The notes under the pieces are model-generated. The model was not told the origin of the DNA, made no database searches, and saw only the letters and a list, made by a program, of their open reading frames with translations. DNA of 64,000 bases from Octopus sinensis (lineage: Eukaryota), in assembly GCF_006345805.1 (NCBI RefSeq), contig NC_042999.1:153884001-153948000 (forward strand), read 5' to 3'. A program made the translations under genes and the position numbers. This document shows, piece by piece, positions 12,949 to 25,224 of the stretch (its first letter is position 1; each line of letters starts with the position of its first letter).

Positions 12949-13492
12949 TTAGTGAGTAGTTTACAAGCATAAAATAATGACTTAAGGAGTAAAGCAGTAG
13001 AATGTGTAATGCTAGTTTAATGATATGCTATGTGGAATGTGCCGAACAACTGTGAGCCATATTCAGGGCTCACCTTTCCTCCATTACAATCATGATGATG
13101 AGGATGATACTGGCTACACTAAAGTCCTTGATGTAATACTAAAGGAAAGACTCCAAGATTTCATGGCCTAAATGGTATGTTGAATAATGGTTGCAGCACA
13201 CAAAGAAACAATGTGTTCCAATTCCACATGTGTACAGACATGTTATAATAATGACTTTAACCCAACGGTTGGCAAAGGGGCCAATACTAACCCACGGGGA
13301 TGGGGTAGGGAGGGTCTATGTGGCTATCCAAGGGGTCGATAAACACCTGAAATGATTTTGAGCATTAACAGCGATGAATTGTAAGTGAGCCAAATCTGCA
13401 AGGGTGCTGTAATTTAAGGCTAAAAAACACTAATTTTCATGCAAATATTGAGGCAATATAAACTCGTATTCACCAAACATATTTCATATTAA

Positions 13493-13696
13493 CCTTTTCG
13501 TTACCAACCCAGCTGAAACCCGCTGTCTCTGTACTACAAATGTCTTGTTTCCTTAAGTTTTGAATTAAAATCTTTCACCAAACCTTACTCACAATTAATG
13601 TTCCTAACACTAGCTTAATGATAAAGTTATTTTACCAAATTATTTGTTATATTTAAAGAAACAGAGCATCTCAAAATAAATACAGTAATGAAAGGG
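13493..13696. mobile_element. piggyBac-type MITE, same family as 5733-5950
   Basis: TTAA-CCTTTTCGTTACC...GTAATGAAAGGG-TTAA; internal sequence collinear with 5733-5950. Confidence 0.88.
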
Positions 13697-14604
13697 TTAA
13701 ATATTCCAACTATATCATTACATCACAGAATTTTTATTGTTCCTCAGTTTTACTAAGTAAATCCTTTAAATTTCCTTATTTTTTAAGAAGTAGCCATGAC
13801 ACAAAAGAACAAGGAATTATTTACATTCGACATATATTTGACCTCATCTTGTTTGGTGTTAACACAACGTTTTGGCTGATATCCTCTCCAGCCTTAATCA
13901 GGTGTCTTGGGAAAATTTCAAACCTGGGTTCTCATTCCTAAGGTATTTTCTGATATTATTATTATTATTATTCAGGTCACTACTTAGAATCTTGGGGTTA
14001 GTAGCCCGCACTCTTAACCACTACACCATATTTGACAAATATCTGTTAAATTTTAATAATGTACATAATTCCTCATCTCTTAAATATAGAACTGAAAGGA
14101 ATTAGTGTTTTAAAATCTATAAATATTTTTTTATTAATTATACTTTTTAATTCTATTTTAGAAATTTACATGAAGAGGATTCCATAAAGAAGTTTACTAA
14201 ATCCTGTAATCTTTAAAAAGATAATTGCGTAAGTGAACAGCAAACAGTAACTACCATGCTGTGACTCAGTCAATATTGTCTATCCTTGCTTTGGCCAACA
14301 CCAGAAACAACAGGCCTACCATAGAATCTTAGGAAGAGGAAAAGGTGGAACAGTCCAGGCTGATATGTCTTTGATTCTAAAACTATTTGATTAAAGTTGA
14401 TCTGTGATTAAACGACATTACAGACATCACAAACCAAAGAAGGAGACTATGTGTCACTTGACCAGTTACAAATTAGCAGCCTAACCTCCAGCAGGGCACG
14501 CTAGATAATGTGGTCCTTGATACACCCAACACAATTTGAGAAAATACAGCTGCCCTATGTCAATAAACAACAGAATCATCTTCTAAACCAAAGAGATTGC
14601 AAGA

Positions 14605-14880
14605 CATATCATCCCCATTGCTTTAATGTCCATTTTTCCTTGCTTTTATGGGTCAGATAAAATTTATTGAGGCAGGTTTTTCTGTGGTTGGATGCCTTCC
14701 CTGTCTCCAACCTTTACCTATTTCCAAGTAAGGTAATATTTCCTCTTGACCAGATGTTTTTACAGGGTTGGAAATGAATGACACTGCTCATATGTCAGTG
14801 GCATTCATTCACAACTATCACATGATGTCAAGATGAGGACACACACACACACATGGGCTTCCTTCAGCTTCCATCAACCA
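14605..14880. mobile_element. Interspersed repeat family F (related copies at ~21175-21415, 28465-28745, 33955-34140, 36300-36530, 55985-56235)
   Basis: Shared GGATGCC...CCAACCCTCACCTGTTTCCAAG.AAGGTAATATTTCC...CATGATGTCAAGA plus (CA)n. Confidence 0.75.
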
Positions 14881-16169
14881 AATTCACTCAAAATTAACAA
14901 CAATCACTACTTTCTCTTACACTCGCACCATCATCATTTATTATTCCTGTTCTATGCCGGCATGAGTCAGACAGGTTGACTCATGAGTCTAGCAGGTCAC
15001 TGGGCTGCATCAAACTCCATTGTCAGCTTTGGAACAATCTCATTGGCCACATACCCTTCCTAATGCTAACAATTTCACAGTGTGTGTCCTGGGCGCTTTT
15101 CTTACATTCCACCTGCATAGCAAGGTCACCAAGAAATTTGCAAGACAAAAACAGGAAACAGGAAAAGAAGAAAAGCCACCTCGAATCAGTGTGGCATAAG
15201 GGGTGGATGGGTGGGTTAATATTTGAGAGGCGGATAAGGGGGTTATTATGCCAGGTATTGAAAAACTGACACAACACGAGGAAGGAATCAATACCTCACA
15301 ACAATATATATAACAGAATTACAGTGTAAGCCATGACAACTGGAAAATCATTCAAAATGATTAGAAAATATACAAAACAAAACAAGAAAAAAAGCAAATT
15401 AAAAAATTTCTATTAGAGACAGAAGAAAGAAAAGAACGATGTGCATATTTCTAAACATGGCACACAATGTTCTTGCAGACTCGCGTTTATATTCTAAAAC
15501 TGTCTACATGCAAGAGAATAATAAAATGCCATATCCTATTGTCGTACATTCTTTGAAACTGAAATACTTCAGTAAATTGCTGTATTACATTTTATTAAAT
15601 GATTTACTTCCCTCAAGGTTGCAATTTTCAAACATTGATTTCTTTTTGTGTATATATCTATATATATACATACATGTATGTGTGTGTGTGTACATATGCA
15701 TCTATGTTTGTGTGTATGTGTGTTTTGTATCTCCAAGAGAAAGTCATTGCATACGTGTGTGTAAAAGTCTATTTCTGTGGGGCGTATGCATGCACACACA
15801 CACACACACAGACAGAAGTATGGTTGTGTGGCTGGAAAGATTACTTTCTAATCACATAATCTCAGGTTCAGTTTCACTGAGTGGCACCCCAGGGATGAAT
15901 GCCTTCTACTATAGCCCCACTGGCCAACACTTTTGGAAGTTAGTCATGTGTGTGTGAAATATATATATATATATATATACATAGAAGTAAATATATGGCA
16001 CAACGAAGTACCGATATTTACTGGAAAATAGCGAACGTAATAAATACGATGCTAATGTATAGCTTCACCGCGTATGTACTAGCAAAAAATTTTCCCTCAT
16101 GGGCTATTCTTTACTGGAAAGCAATACTCTCGTATTGCATTACTATTTTTATATATACACACACACACA

Positions 16170-16281
16170 CAGTGTGTCCAAAGGCATTCGCCAGATTCTT
16201 ATTTTTCAATTAATAATAATACAATAACGCAATACAATGTACAATAAAATAAAAATTGGGTGAAACTTTCTGGACACCCTG
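16170..16281. mobile_element. Tc1/mariner-type mini-MITE (112 bp)
   Basis: Imperfect TIRs CAGTGTGTCCAAAGG...CTTTCTGGACACCCTG, about 35 bp. Confidence 0.6.
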
Positions 16282-16299
16282 TGTGTGTGTGTGTATATA

Positions 16300-16800
16300 T
16301 ATGCTTGACAAGACCTGTTGAATCAAGTAAAACCAATATTGTAGCTGTGACCAGTGGTCCCTGACAGGCTCCCATGCCAGTGGCACATAAAAAGCACCAT
16401 CCAAATATGGTCAATACCAGGTCTGCCCGACAGGTTCCTATGGCAGTGGTATGTAAAAACCACCATTTAAATGTGGCCGATGCCAGTACCCTCTGACTGG
16501 CTTCTGTGCTGGTGGCACGTAAAAAGCACCATTTGAATATGGCCGATGCCAGTACTCCTTGACTGGCCCCTGTGCCAGTGGCACATAAAAAGTACTATCC
16601 AAGCATGGTCGATGCTAGGCCTGCCTGACTGGCTCCTATGCCAGTGACACGTAAAAAGCACCTACTACACTCTCAGAGTGGTTGGCGTTAAGAAGGGCGC
16701 TAGCTGTAGAAACATTGCCAGATCAGATTGGAGCCAGGAGACCTCAGTCACACCATCAACCAATGCCAGCATGGAAAACAGATGTTAGATGATGATGATA
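16300..16800 (+). mobile_element. Family B with about 5 internal units
   Basis: Repeated GTGGCACATAAAAAGCACCAT; (ATG)n tail. Confidence 0.85.
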
Positions 16801-16834
16801 TATGGCCAAGTACTCCTTTGCATATAATAACGAG

Positions 16835-17130
16835 TGTTTCAGATGATTCAATCAATAGAAGAGCCTGCTTGTGAAATGAACATGGAAGAGACTGATCACT
16901 CCACAGACACGTGCCCTTAATGTAGTTCTTAGAGAGAGTCAGTGTGACACAGAATATGATAAGGCTGGTCCTTTGAATTACAGGTACTACTCATTTTTGC
17001 CAGCTGAGTGGACTGGGGCAACATGAAGTAAAGTGTCTTGTTTAAGGACACAATGTACCACTGGGAATCTAACTCATGGCCTTATGATTGTGAGACAAAT
17101 AAACAAACCAGTAAGCTATGTGCCTTCACA
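16835..17130 (-). mobile_element. SINE (head 2 + tail X)
   Basis: Reverse complement of the 20208-20515 type. Confidence 0.8.
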
Positions 17131-17544
17131 CACACACATATACACCCCTGCACGCCGTCATAAACGGCCATGGATGAAAGTTCCAGTTGCCTAGTTGTTT
17201 GCCCCAGAGGAAAAGCATTGTCTGTGGTTGAGAAGCCCAATGCACAAATGGTGATCTCTGCTACAAAACCGCACTTGTAGGCTGTCCCATTGTTGTTTGA
17301 GTCATATGTTTTACTGTGGATTTACCATTTTTTAGCATTCACCAATTAACCCCTTCATTCGATAGCACCCTCCACATCTGGGCAGATTACGGAAGACAGG
17401 TTGTTGCCCATGCAGCAACCCCCCCCACCTCCCCATGTCATGGATAGATCAAAAGGAATAGCATGACCATTACAATTTGGAACCAGTGTTGTCACAGTTG
17501 ATAGAATGAGGTCGTAATGTGTAAATGTAATATATCAAAGCAGC

Positions 17545-17895
17545 AAGCTGGCAGGACCGTTAGCAGTATTTCATCCTTTTGAGGGTCAATAAATTAAGTA
17601 ACAGTTGTGTACTGGGGTCGATCTAATCAGCTGGCCCCCTCCTCCAGAATTTCAGGCCTTGTGCCTAGAGTAGAAAAGAATATTTAGTAGCTCCAATGGC
17701 AACGAGCTGGCAGAAACATTAGCAGCTAGGCGAAATGCTTAATATTCTGAGTTCAAATTCCACCAAGGTCAACTTTGCCTTTCTTCTTTTGGGGTTGATA
17801 AATTAAGTACCAGTTGCATACTGGAGTTGATCTAATCGACTGACCCCCACTCAGCCCAAAATTTGAGGCCTTGTGCCTAGAGTAGAAAAGTATAT
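17545..17895 (+). mobile_element. Two head-to-tail SINE family C copies
   Basis: AGCTGGCAG...GATAAATTAAGTACCAG...GGCCTTGTGCCTAGAGTAGAAAAG twice. Confidence 0.85.
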
Positions 17896-18132
17896 ATAAA
17901 TATATATACATTGTCTTTTAACATCCATGTTCCATATAATAAATACATATATGAGCTAGGTATGTGTACGCATGCTAACACTACTTGACAACCAGTGTTG
18001 GTTTGTTTATGTCCCTGTAAATTTAAAGTTCAGCAAAACAAACCAATAGAATAAGTAATGGATTTGCAAAAATAAAAACTCCAGCGAATTCGTTCCACTA
18101 AACCCTTCAACCCAGTATGACTGAAAGAAGAA

Positions 18133-18133
<1 letters not shown>

Positions 18134-18188
<55 letters not shown>
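18134..18188. repeat. (GA)n microsatellite (another at 11614-11646)
   Basis: Direct reading. Confidence 0.95.
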
Positions 18189-18195
<7 letters not shown>

Positions 18196-18474
18196 CTTTA
18201 CATTGTTGCTGTTTGAGTTAAAGCAGTGATGTTTGTCTATATTCCCAATGAACTCAGAACATAAGCTATATCTATAGAATTATCATCATCATTTAACCTC
18301 TATTTTCCATACCATACTGGCTTGGAAAACACTACCATAAAACACTGCTTATATAGATTTTGTCTAACCAATGCAACCAAGCAAGATCAGATATAAAAAG
18401 CATGATAGTGATGGTGTATGATGTTGCATAAAGGAGAGGCAGTTTGGCTTTGTGCCAAGAAGATGCACTGCATA

Positions 18475-18787
18475 TACTAGTTAGTTAATTTGGCTCAAAA
18501 GCAAATAGCAAGGCCATGTAGGGGGACATGGAGTTAAGTACAGGGTGGTGTTCATGTAAAGAGTTCAGGCCACTTAAGGTCAAGGGAGGCTTTGAACAAG
18601 GCAGTCGTCAGCATCTTTACCATCTCGTCTGGCAGCTTGTTCCACGGATCCGCAACCCGGACGGAGAAAGCTCCTCTCCTTCGATGAAATCGGCGCAGGT
18701 AGAGCTTTTCGGAATGACCCCGCAGCCGACGCTCTGGAGCAGGAGTGAAGAACAGCTCTTTCGAGAGGTTACACTTTCCGCTTACTA
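18475..18787 (-). mobile_element. 3' end of a CR1/L2-like LINE (ORF2 C-terminus + short tail)
   Basis: Minus frame VSGKCNLSKELFFTPAPERRLRGHSEKLYLRRFHRRRGAFSVRVADPWNKLPDEMVKMLTTALFKASLDLKWPELFT* contains the RGH...FS.RV...WN.LP motif; followed by a (TAAC) tail. Confidence 0.85.
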
Positions 18788-19001
18788 AATGATCATTGAG
18801 ACAAAACTGCAGGAGGATTATAGTTAAAAATTAAGCTCCTAACCATAGGACACATTTTTGACTCAGCATTTTCCCTATATATAAATATCCGGTTTCTTTC
18901 AGTTTCTGTCTACTATATCCACTCACAAGGTTTGCGTTGGCCACATGATATAGTAGAAGATATTTAACTGTCTATCTTCTTTTTGTAAAATTTTGAATAC
19001 G

Positions 19002-19026
<25 letters not shown>

Positions 19027-19033
<7 letters not shown>

Positions 19034-19194
19034 CAGTGTACATTTAAACACATGAGGAATCCACTTGTGGGATTCAACACGCTAGAAAGAACAGCTAGGT
19101 TCCATAACCACAAAATTAGGGATAAAATTGTTTTTCTAGCGTGTTGAATCTCACAAGTGGATTCCTCATGTGTTTAAATGTACACTGTATTTTA
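19027..19194. repeat. Near-perfect 62-bp inverted repeat with a ~44-nt spacer, next to (TA)n
   Basis: TAAAATACAGTGTACATTTAAACACATGAGGAATCCACTTGTGGGATTCAACACGCTAGAAA vs its reverse complement, one mismatch. Confidence 0.92.
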
Positions 19195-19289
19195 TGACTA
19201 ATACATAGTCTTTGACTAAATTTTTACATGTTAGGCCACTAGAAATGGAATTTATTTCCATTTCCCTTTAATATGATATATATATATAT

Positions 19290-19925
19290 GGCCGTTTGCC
19301 AGCTCTGTCTGGCAACCGTGTCGGTGGCACGTAAAAGCACCATCTGTTCGTGGTCGTTTGCCAGCTCTGTCTGGCCCCGTGTCGGTGGCATGTAAAAGCA
19401 CCATCCGTCCGTGTCTGTTGCCAGCCTCGGCTGGCCCCCGTGCCGGTGACACGTAAAAGCACCATCCGTCCGTGTCTGTTGCCAGCCTCGGCTGGCCCCC
19501 GTGCCGGTGACACGTAAAAGCACCATCCGTTGCCAGCCTCGGCTGGCCCCCGTGCCGGTGACACGTAAAAGCACCGTCCGTTCGTGGCCGGTTGCCAGCT
19601 CTGTCTGGCCCCGTGTCGGTGGCACGTAAAAGCACCATCCATTCGTGTCCGTTGCCAGCATCGCCTGGCCCCGTGCCGGTGACACGTAAAAGCACCATCC
19701 GTTCGTGGCCGTTCGCCAGCTCTGTCTGGCACCTGTGCAGGTGGCACGTAAAAAACACCCACTACACTCGCGGAGTGGTGGCGTTAGGAAGGGCATCCAG
19801 CCGTAGAAACACTGCCAGATCTGACTGGGCCTGACGAAGCCTTCCAGCTTCACAGACCCCAGTTGACCCGTCCAACCCATGCTATATGGAAAACGGACGC
19901 TAAACGATGATGATGATGATGATAT
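19290..19925 (+). mobile_element. Family B with 8 internal ~51-63 bp tandem units
   Basis: Eight (A)CGTAAAAGCACC-type motifs, then core and GATGATGATG tail. Confidence 0.92.
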
Positions 19926-20207
19926 ATAACAAATGAAAGACAGAAGATGGAATATACGAGAATTTATTATTAATCCCGATGGTTGTGGGACACTCAACAA
20001 CTGGTTCAGGAGCATCCGGTGGTGCAGATGTATCTCGTCAGATGATAAATAAATAAAATCAACTTGTTAAAATGACTGTTCCACAATGTAACTTGTTGTT
20101 TTGTAGAGAGAAAAACAGCCAGAAGCAGGAAAAATCTTCATATATATAGAAGATCAAAAATAAAATTGCAGAAGATAAAATGAAGAATGAACACGTAATC
20201 CAGCAAG

Positions 20208-20515
20208 TAGGTACGTGGCTTAGTGGTTAGGGCATTCGGCTCTGAGTTTGATTCCCAGTGGCATGTTGTGTCCTTGAGTAAGACACTTTATTTCACACTG
20301 CTCCAGTCCATTCAGCTGGCAAAAATGAGTTGTACCAGTATTTCAAAGGACCGGCCTTGTCACACTTTGTGTCACGTTGAATCTCCCTGAGAACTACGTT
20401 AGGGGTACACATGTCTGAGGATTGCTCAGTCACTTGCATGTTAATTTCATGAGCAGGCTGGCCCGTTGATCGGATCAACTGGAACCCTCATCATCGTAAC
20501 CGATGGAGTGCTCCT
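20208..20515 (+). mobile_element. SINE (head 2 + tail X); another copy at 21620-21858
   Basis: TGGCTTAGTGG A box, GAGTTTGATTCC B-box-like, GTGTCCTTGAGTAAGACACTTTATTTCAC domain, tail shared with 1230-1600. Confidence 0.85.
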
Positions 20516-20584
20516 ATATCTATCTATCTATCTATCTATATATATATATATATATACAACTTTCTCACCCTCATTAGTTGATTA

Positions 20585-20840
20585 TATCATCATCATTTAA
20601 CGTCCGCTTTCCATGCTAGCATGGGTTGGACGGTTCAACTGGGGTCTGGGGAGCCCGAAGGCTGCACCAGGCCAGTCAGATCTGGCAGTGTTTCTACAGC
20701 TGGATGCCCTTCCTAACGCCAACCACTCCGAGAGTGTAGTGGGTGATTTTATGTGCCACCGACACAGGTGCCAGACGAGGCTGGCGAACGGCCACGCTCA
20801 GATGGTGTTTTTTATGTGCCACCGACACAGGTGCCAGACA
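20585..20840 (-). mobile_element. Family B
   Basis: CATCATCATTTAACGTCCGCTTTCCATGCTAGCATGGGTTGG... Confidence 0.88.
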
Positions 20841-21863
20841 TATATTGTGTAATTAGAACAAGTTTAATTTTTTAGTATAAGTGGAGAATAACTTGATTCT
20901 GTGTATTTATATGTATGAAAAGGAAACATATAAAGATATGTCTTCACAGAATGTTTTCATATTATAGTTCAATTGAAATCATATTGGTATATACATTTTT
21001 AAGGTGAGTTTAGCAGAAATAATCTATATAAACATATATAACAAAAGTGAGAAGGATGAAAGGGAACAAGGAAAAATAAAGTGTCACATGTTGCTTCAAG
21101 TCTTTCGTATTGAAAAATTTTTTAGTATATATATTTTTGAGTTTTCTGTGTGTGTGTGTGTGTGTGTGCATTGTGGGAGAATGTAAATATATGTTTCTTT
21201 ATCTTGACATTGCATAATGTCAGTAGTTGTCATTGTTATATAAACAATGTCATTCATTTCCAATATTCTGTAAAAAAAAATATTGGGCCATAAGGAAATA
21301 TCACCCAGCATGGAAACAGGTCAGTGTTGGTGACAGAGAGGGCACCAGGCTGTAGACAATCTGCCTCAGCAGACTCTACCTGACCCATGAAAGCATGAAA
21401 AAGTGGACAGTGCTGATGATTATGACAACACTGTGCCACAGAGAGATGTGGATTCAAGACATGTATGAGGAAAGTGAGGGGATAGGTATTGTGCTGCAGA
21501 CCCTAAAATTTTATGACAGCAAAGAAATCTGTAAATCTGCAATATTTTTTTTTAAAGCAGTGTTTTACAGTCAGATGCCCATTCTGTTGATAACCCTTAC
21601 CTTTAAAGGTATGTGAAATAATGGTTAGGATTCCTGGTGGTATATTGTGCCCTTGAGCAAGACCCTTTATTTCACATAGTGCCAGTCCACACATCTGGAA
21701 AAAATGAGTAGTACAAGGGTCAGCCTTGTCTCATACTGTCACATTAAGTGAACACACACCTGTGGAATGCTCAACCCCATGCATGCCAATTTCACAAATA
21801 GGCTGCTCCACTGATTCAATCAACTGGAACCCTCATTGTCATAACCAATGGAGTGCCAGTTAA

Positions 21864-22218
21864 CCCTTGACTTTTTTTAAATAAGGGCTCTCTTATTTCC
21901 CACATTTTCAAAAGTGCAAAGCCAAAAGCATTTTTGTTAAGAGGATGGGTTGCAACATCACTGTAGTTTGTGATTTTCATACACATTTGCATTTGGTTCT
22001 ATGGTTTCAAAAATGAAAAAAAAATGTTTATTATTGAAAATGAATAGGAAAGGATAAATATGGTTTTTTTTCAGCGTTCCCCATTTGGGACTTTTTGAAA
22101 AATTTATCTTATTTTCCAAAATATTCACATATGAAGAAAATTTAAATAATATATATTACTTTAACTCATAAGACACCTGGCAAAGCCAAAAATACTAAAA
22201 AATTTGGCAGTGGATGGG
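21864..22218. mobile_element. Possible piggyBac-type MITE
   Basis: TTAA-CCC...GGG-TTAA termini, weak TIR beyond the 3 terminal bases. Confidence 0.4.
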
Positions 22219-22637
22219 TTAATGTAGCACCAGCATGGGTGCTTTTTACATGGCACCAGCACCCTTAAGCTCCCCAAACATGCCAAAATAGTGTAGTTTT
22301 AGGTTCAATCCCACTTGGTGGAATCCAATGCAAGTTTCTTCAGCTACAGTTTTGGGTTAATCGATGCGTTGTGAAAGAAATTTGATAGAGGGGAAACCAT
22401 ATGGAAGATGGTTTCCCCTCTACAGCAGAACTGTCCCCGTTTCTCCATGGAAGACGTTTTCCATTATATAGTTCACCACCACTGCCTGGTTCTTAGGAAT
22501 CAAGCGTGAAGATAATTTGCCTTCCTTCCTTGATTATTTCCTTCTTCTCAAATCACAAAGACCCTAAAATGGTCCTAGGTGTATCACCTGGCTTGACAAT
22601 GAATGCAATGAGTTTCACAAAAAAAAAAATTATTTAC

Positions 22638-22696
22638 CTGAACCTTATCTTTCGGATTAATATCTTCTTCTTCTGAAGAACTTCCTGTATACGATG
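22638..22696 (-). CDS. AHCYL1: Internal coding exon (59 nt, phase 1 to 0) of S-adenosylhomocysteine hydrolase-like protein (IRBIT): (A)SYTGSSSEEEDINPKDKVQ
   Basis: Minus strand reads ttcttatttcag|CATCGTATAC...AAGGTTCAG|gtaaat. The peptide matches the IRBIT serine-rich motif as recalled (human ASYTDSSDDEVSPREKQQ) and joins in frame to 12780-12867. The AHCYL1 vs AHCYL2 label cannot be resolved for an invertebrate. Confidence 0.93.
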
Positions 22697-23117
22697 CTGA
22701 AATAAGAAATAAACATTATGATTACTAGCCGAGTCGATGGACAGATCAACAAAGTAAAAAAATAAATATATACATATTTAGGTCAACACCAACACTCATT
22801 TCAGCTGTTGGCTAATTAACTTGATTAAATGGTTATTGAACTGTAATATAAAGCAATGAAGACAGATCACCAAGGTTTCCTAGGTAACGATGCAATATTT
22901 CATGTATGTGCATGTATATGCATGTCTGTATGTGTGCATGTGTAAGAAGTTATGATCTTCAGAGACTGACACGTCAAATGGACAATAGTTATTACAATAA
23001 CTACAGCCTTGACTAGAGTTTCTCAAAGGGCGAGTGAACACAGGAGGCAAGGTGGGACACAGGTTACTTCAGAATGATGTGCTAGTGATAAATGAATGGA
23101 ATTTACAAATTAAGTAA

Positions 23118-23455
23118 GGGTGGCTGTGTGGTAAGAAGCTTGCTTCTCAACCACATGGTTCTGGGTTCAGCCCCACTGCGTGAAGTGTCTTCTAATCTAG
23201 CCTTGGGCTGACCAACATCTTGTGATTGGATTTGATAGCTAGAAACTAAATGAAACCCGCTACATGTGTTTGTCCCTCACCACTTCTTGACAACAGGTGT
23301 TGGTGTGTTTACATCCCTGTTACTTAGCAGTTCAACAAAATAAACTGATAAAATAACTACCAGACTTTAAAAAAAATACTGGAGTTGACTAAAATTCTTC
23401 AAGCTGGTGATCCAGCATGGCCAGTCTAATGACCGAAACAAGCAAAAGATAAAGT
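23118..23455 (+). mobile_element. SINE family A about 420 bp from the 22696 exon acceptor
   Basis: GGCTGTGTGGTAAGAAGCTTGC...GAAACAAGCAAAAGA. Confidence 0.85.
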
Positions 23456-24044
23456 TTTAAAATTTGGTCCTAATAAGAGAATATAACTAAGAGAGTTAAA
23501 TGTGGCAGATGATGGAACTAACCAACATATTGGACGTTAAATTCCTGGCTCTAGCAAGATAAATTACTGCAACAAAACTCCAAAATAGATACTGTGCTAA
23601 TGTTCCCACATGTATTGGTTAGCATTAAGAGAAGCAGCTTTAGCTGATGTAGAAGATTTCTCTTAAAGTTTGCTATAAAAAGAAAAAAAAAACAAAAAAA
23701 AAATCATGCAAATATCTAACTCTGCAGTAGAATCCCACACAACTGATGCCAGCAAAGCAAAACGAATATGTAAATAGACATGGAAAAAATATGTAAAGAA
23801 ATGAAAATCTGATGAGAAAATCAATACTGAAAATTAATCCTGTAGTAAGTATTTCTCTCCAAAACAAGAAATGTTAACCACTTTATGTAGCTTTTTCTAA
23901 TAATAAACGAGCTACTGCCAGATTCGTCAGCAACAGCAGATTTTAAAACTGTCATGGTACAAGAAGCTAACTAACGAACGTATACAGAGCTCAATGATTT
24001 GCTAGAAATAGTAACCAAATTACAACTTATCATCAGTAAAATGA

Positions 24045-24505
24045 TTTAATGTGTGTAATCCATGCTGGTACAAGTTGGATAGTTTGGCAGGGGATGACAA
24101 GCCAGAGGACTGTGCCAAACTCCAATGTCTCATTTGGAATGGTTTCTACCACTGGATGCCCTTCCTAATGCCAACCACTTTACAGTGTGCTGGGTGCTTT
24201 TTACGTGGCACAAACACCGGTGGTTTTTTATGTGGCACCAGCACCGGGGATTTTTTTATTGTTTTTTTTTTACATGGAACCAGCACCGGAGCTTTTTTTT
24301 TTGTGACACCAGTGCTTTTTACATGGCACCAACACCAGGGCTTTTTTATGTGACACCAGGACCAGAGTTTTCTTATGTGGCACCAGCACTGGTACTTTTT
24401 ATGTGACACCAGTACACTAGTATCAGAGCTTTTTATGTGACACTAGCACCAGAGCTTTTTTGTGTGGCACCAGGACCAGTGCTTTTTATATAGAACCAGC
24501 ACCAA
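24045..24505 (-). mobile_element. Family B whose internal region is an array of about 11 short (24-30 bp) units
   Basis: Repeated TTTTTATGTGRCACCAGCACC. Confidence 0.85.
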
Positions 24506-25224
24506 CAGAATCACCAGGTACCTTGCAAGACAAACCCACTTAACTAGAAATGGGGGAGTAATATTGACAAGGTGTGGCTTTGTGCCAGTTGAAAGGTTTA
24601 AGGTATAGAGGGGACAGATGTAGGTGTCTTGCTGTAGAGTAGATACATGGATACCCCAGTTGGAAAACAAAGGAGAGTGAGTTGGGTTTTCACCAATTGC
24701 TCTAGATTCTTGTGCAGCCACAAGCAAACACAGATGACCTTTCAGTTGACCCACCCTTAATCCAGAGTAACACTGAGGTTGTGATAGCTAGAATGGGAAG
24801 GCAAAACAGTTGCACCCACCCTCAGGTGGTACTCATTTTCAGAAGAGTAGACATGAGGAACATGAAATTAAGTGCCTTGCTCAAGGACACAACAAGCTAC
24901 CAGGTCTAAGAATTGAACCCATAACCATACAGTCATGAGAGCAACACCCTAACCAACTGGCTATGCACCTTCACCATTCTAGACACAGTATATCACACAT
25001 ACAATCACACAGAAACACAAAAGTGATGGCCACAGCTGGAATGGTTTTAATCATAGGTTTCTGGGTTAAGGGTGACCTAGAGTTTGGTCTCCTTTCTAGC
25101 AGCACCAACAAAAACAGCAGCAGGCACTGTACAAGGAATAAAATTACTCAACCCAGTGAGTTCTACTCAAAAAGCCATATGGCAGCAAGGACTACAATCT
25201 CAGTTTAATAAATGATTCAATATA

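Noticed and set aside
15439-15957. 172-aa ORF
   Set aside because: Runs through TG/TA microsatellites and a SINE head; no recognisable protein.
19290-19760. CRISPR-like repeat/spacer appearance (also 24195-24505 and 34142-34360)
   Set aside because: Eukaryotic intron, no cas genes, the spacers are homologous to each other, and the arrays lie inside dispersed retroposons.
19239-20015. 258-aa, 168-aa and 164-aa overlapping ORFs
   Set aside because: Read-through of family B tandem units; no splice context or known domain. The same applies to most 60-170 aa ORFs over SINEs.
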